From Diadema antillarum (taxonomy: Eukaryota): 64,000 nucleotides of DNA. The notes below the pieces were generated by a model. That model had not been told where the DNA came from. It did not search any database and saw nothing but the letters and a program-made list of their open reading frames with translations. The stretch's first letter is position 1. Each line of letters begins with the position of its first letter. Both the position numbers and the translations under genes were made by a program. The stretch covers positions 1 through 64,000 of the forward strand of contig NW_027272729.1 of NCBI RefSeq assembly GCF_040938485.1, given 5' to 3'. Positions 60,752 through 64,000 of this stretch are shown here, piece after piece.

Positions 60752-63718
60752 ATTAAGTAAACTTAAGAAATGTGGGGATAATGTAGAACTGATTGGCAAA
60801 AGCTCTATGTCAGAGAATGCTATGTTAAAAGGAAGACCCTATGGTGGCTGTGCTATATTATAAAATGCTTTAGCTGGGTTTAGTTTGGATGAAGTAGAAT
60901 GCAAACATAACAGGCTGTGTGTTGGTCGTCTTAAATGTAGGGATTCATGTGATTTTTTGCTTATCAATGCTTACATGCCTTGTGATAATAACTGTCAAGA
61001 TGAGGAATTTGTGGAAATTTTGGATGAAGTAGAACAAGTTATACATAGAATTAATCCCTCACACATATTGTTTGGAGGGGATTTAAATAATGACTTTTCT
61101 AGAAATTCTCCACATTCTGTCGTTCTGAAACAGTTCACTGACAACGAAGGTTTATCTATAGGGATTGATGTTGAGAATGCAATTGTTCCTTATACTTTTA
61201 TAGGTGGGAGATCTAATTCACGAATTGATAATTTTCTAATTTCTTCTGCATTAACATCATCTATCATATCATGTCATATTATAGACAATCACTTGATATC
61301 AGACCATGTCCCAGTTGAATTGGTCATTGATGTGGAAGTAATTTATAGTGACTATGCGCATAGACCAAATGTACAGAAATTAGTATGGGAAAGAGCCTCA
61401 AATGAACATATATTTTACAGTATAAAGCTACTCTGGATAATATGTTGGATAGGATTGTCTGTAATTAGGATGTGCTAACATGCACAAATGTACATTGCAT
61501 TGAGCATCTTGATAATGTAAACAGTTTATATCAGGATATCATCTCAGCATGTATTGATGCTTCTGAATTATGCATCCCCAAGTCTGGTCCAAGTAAGGAC
61601 AGTCAGGCAAGTAGGAAATGTGAAAATATTCCTGGTTGGAGTGAATATGTTGAGCCCTTAAGACAAGAATCTCTTATGTGGCACCACCACTGGAAGGCAT
61701 CTGGTTGCCCCCATGTTGGCGAGATTGCCGACCAGCATAGGTTGAGTAGGGCTAGATATTACAGAGCTGTTAGGAAGGTTATTAGAGACTCTGAATTGTT
61801 AAGAATGGAAAGTATGGGTGCTGCATTATGTGATAACAGGTACAGAGATTTATGGAAAGAGGTTAAGAAATTAAAGGGAAAAATTAATTTACGTGCCAAT
61901 ACAGTTGATGGCTTAAGTGGTGAGAAGGGTATTGCAGAGGTTTTTAGTGTAAAGTATAATGGCCTTTATAATTCAGTACCATATGAGTCTCATGAGATTA
62001 AGGAAATTTGTGAGGAAATTGATAAGAAATTAATGGTTGAGGGGTTAGAGAAAATGATAACTGTTAATCATGTTAGAGAGGGTATATATCAAAATTGAAA
62101 AGTGGTAAAAGTGGGGGCGATGAGAGTATGTATTCTGATCATGTCATAAATGGAACAAACTCTCTGATTGTTTGGTTGACATGTTTATTTAATTGCATGG
62201 TAGTTCATGGAGTCTGCCCTACCAGCATGTCATGGGGCACCATGGTTCCTATACCGAAGGATAAAGGAAAATCTTTGGCTTGTTCAGATAATTATAGAGC
62301 CATTACTCTCAGCAGTATTATTGGAAAGGTATTTGATTGGGTGATTTTATTTTTGGAAAAAGATCATTTGAGTACCTCTGATATGCAATTTGGATTATAA
62401 GAGCACTCATCAACAACTCAGTGCACGTTTGTTATGTCTGAGGTTATCTCTTATCATAATTACAACAGAAGTGATGTATATGTTATGTTATTAGATGCAT
62501 CTAAGGCATTTGATAGGGTGAATTATTCAGTACTTTTTAGAAAGCTGTTGCAAGGGAAGAAAGGAATATATCTCCAGCAATTTTGAGGGTGTTGGTGAGT
62601 TCATATATTAATCAAATGTTACATGTAAGATGGGGTACAAAATGTTCAGATAGATCTTCTGTGCAGAATGGAGTAAAACAGGGTGGAGTATTATCTCCTG
62701 TATTGTTTTTGGTATGTTGATGATTTGTATTTAAGACTTCAGGAGAGTGGAATTGAATGTACAATGGGTGACAGTTGTGCAGGCTGTCTGGGTTATGCAG
62801 ATGATTTGTCACTATTAGCTCCAACAAAAAGGGGTTTACAAAAGTTGATAGATATATGTGAAAATTATGCTCAAGAACATAATATATTATTTAATGGTAA
62901 GAAGAGCCAGTCTCTGATTTTTAAGGGAAGAGGCACCCACCCATAGATTGCCAAGTTATAGTTAATGGTATTTCTGTCTCAAATATTCAAAGGGTTACTC
63001 ATTTGGGACATTGTTTGAGTACTGTTGATCAGGAAAGTTGTGTACATGAAGCCATTGCTCAGTTTTGGAGAAGTTTTAACATTTTCAGATCTGATTTTGG
63101 ACATATTTACTCATCTTTACAGTGTCAGCTTTTTAAGCAATACTGCTGTAGCTTTTATGGTTCACCTATTTGGTCTGTTTTGAGTAAGGGATTTAGTGAT
63201 ATTTGTATTGCATGGAGAAAGGCTCTGAGAAAGATATGGAAGATAAGTAATAGAACTCATTGCGATCTTGTGGCTGAATTATCTTATAGTGTTCCCCTTG
63301 AGCAAAAGCTCGTACAGATTTTCATGAGATTTCACAGCAAAGCACTTCACTTTGGTTCCAATTTGCTGAAATCTACCATTAGGGTTGCATGCCTAAATCC
63401 GAATTCTATTTTTTGTAGCAATGTGAAGGAGGCTGAGCACCTTAACGTTGGGTATAACAATATTAGCTTAAATTTAGACAGTGAGTTACAGTGTAAAGCC
63501 CAGTTAGTGAGGGATTTAGTAGACATTAGGGATGGAGTCAAACATTGTGATCTTTTTAATTGAACCGAATTATGTGAAATTATTGATTCTTTGTGTTTGA
63601 CTTGAAATGTGATTTTTAAATCTGTCAACATTTCTTTTTTTCACGTTAATTTATTGTAGATGTGATTTCTATGTTATTTGATTGCCTTTAATTGTGCGAA
63701 TAAAAGATGTATATATAT
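60752..63718 (+). mobile_element. 5'-truncated, frameshifted APE-type non-LTR retrotransposon ORF2 (CR1/L2/RTEX-like group; clade not resolved)
   Basis: Endonuclease motifs GRPYGG (60831), INAYMPCD, GGDLN and ISDHVP. RT motifs NYRAITLSS, QFG, LLDASKAFDRVN, GVKQGGVLSP and GYADD (62794-62805). The C-terminal CCSFYGSPIW is followed by AATAAA at 63699 and a short TA tail. Several indels and stops. Confidence 0.92.
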
Positions 63719-64000
63719 TTCACACCAAATTTCTAGGGAATTAAACATGGCTAAAAACAATCACTGCGAAGGACTATGATTTTAACATAACAGGGTTTAT
63801 TGATGTACAATGCATAATGCGTGTGGTAATTACTATAGAGTTACACATTAACAACGTCGTCTGCTACAGCACTCGTATCCGCGCGTGCTGCGCCGGCAAT
63901 GATTTGACCTTTTTATGGGTCACTTCCGCTCCCCGACTAGCTCATCACTTCTGCTCCCCGACTAGCTACATTGTAGCACATAGTATACGAGAGTGAATGC

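Overview
Eukaryotic, AT-rich, intron-rich animal DNA. The repeat vocabulary and gene structure suggest a marine invertebrate deuterostome, probably an echinoderm such as a sea urchin (inference). Three conserved host genes were rebuilt exon by exon using GT-AG sites and continuous reading phase. CIAPIN1/anamorsin is on the minus strand (9 coding exons, 7541-21035, 306 aa). CLPTM1L is on the plus strand (14 coding exons, 26230-40548, 535 aa) and is divergent from CIAPIN1. PDCD5 is on the minus strand (5 coding exons, 48014-51091), and its first coding exon was not found. The rest is mostly mobile DNA: an internally deleted L1/Tx1-like LINE, a Penelope-like 3' fragment ending in a hammerhead-ribozyme core, four Helentron-type (HINE/DINE-1-like) non-autonomous elements, hAT-, Kolobok- and Tc1/mariner-type MITEs and tRNA-derived SINEs. 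From 51.2 to 63.7 kb there is a transposon pile-up with CR1/L2-type RT pieces, a LINE gag-like ORF1 and two different Merlin (IS1595/ISXO2-like) transposase remnants. The most unusual feature is the larger Merlin element. It carries an extra, unrecognised Trp-rich ORF upstream that appears to be joined in frame to the transposase through a canonical intron. A small two-exon Cys4 ORF beside a putative bidirectional NRF1/ETS promoter (57.2-57.8 kb) is also unexplained. There are three assembly gaps of about 140-160 N each. No rRNA, intact tRNA or CRISPR array was seen.
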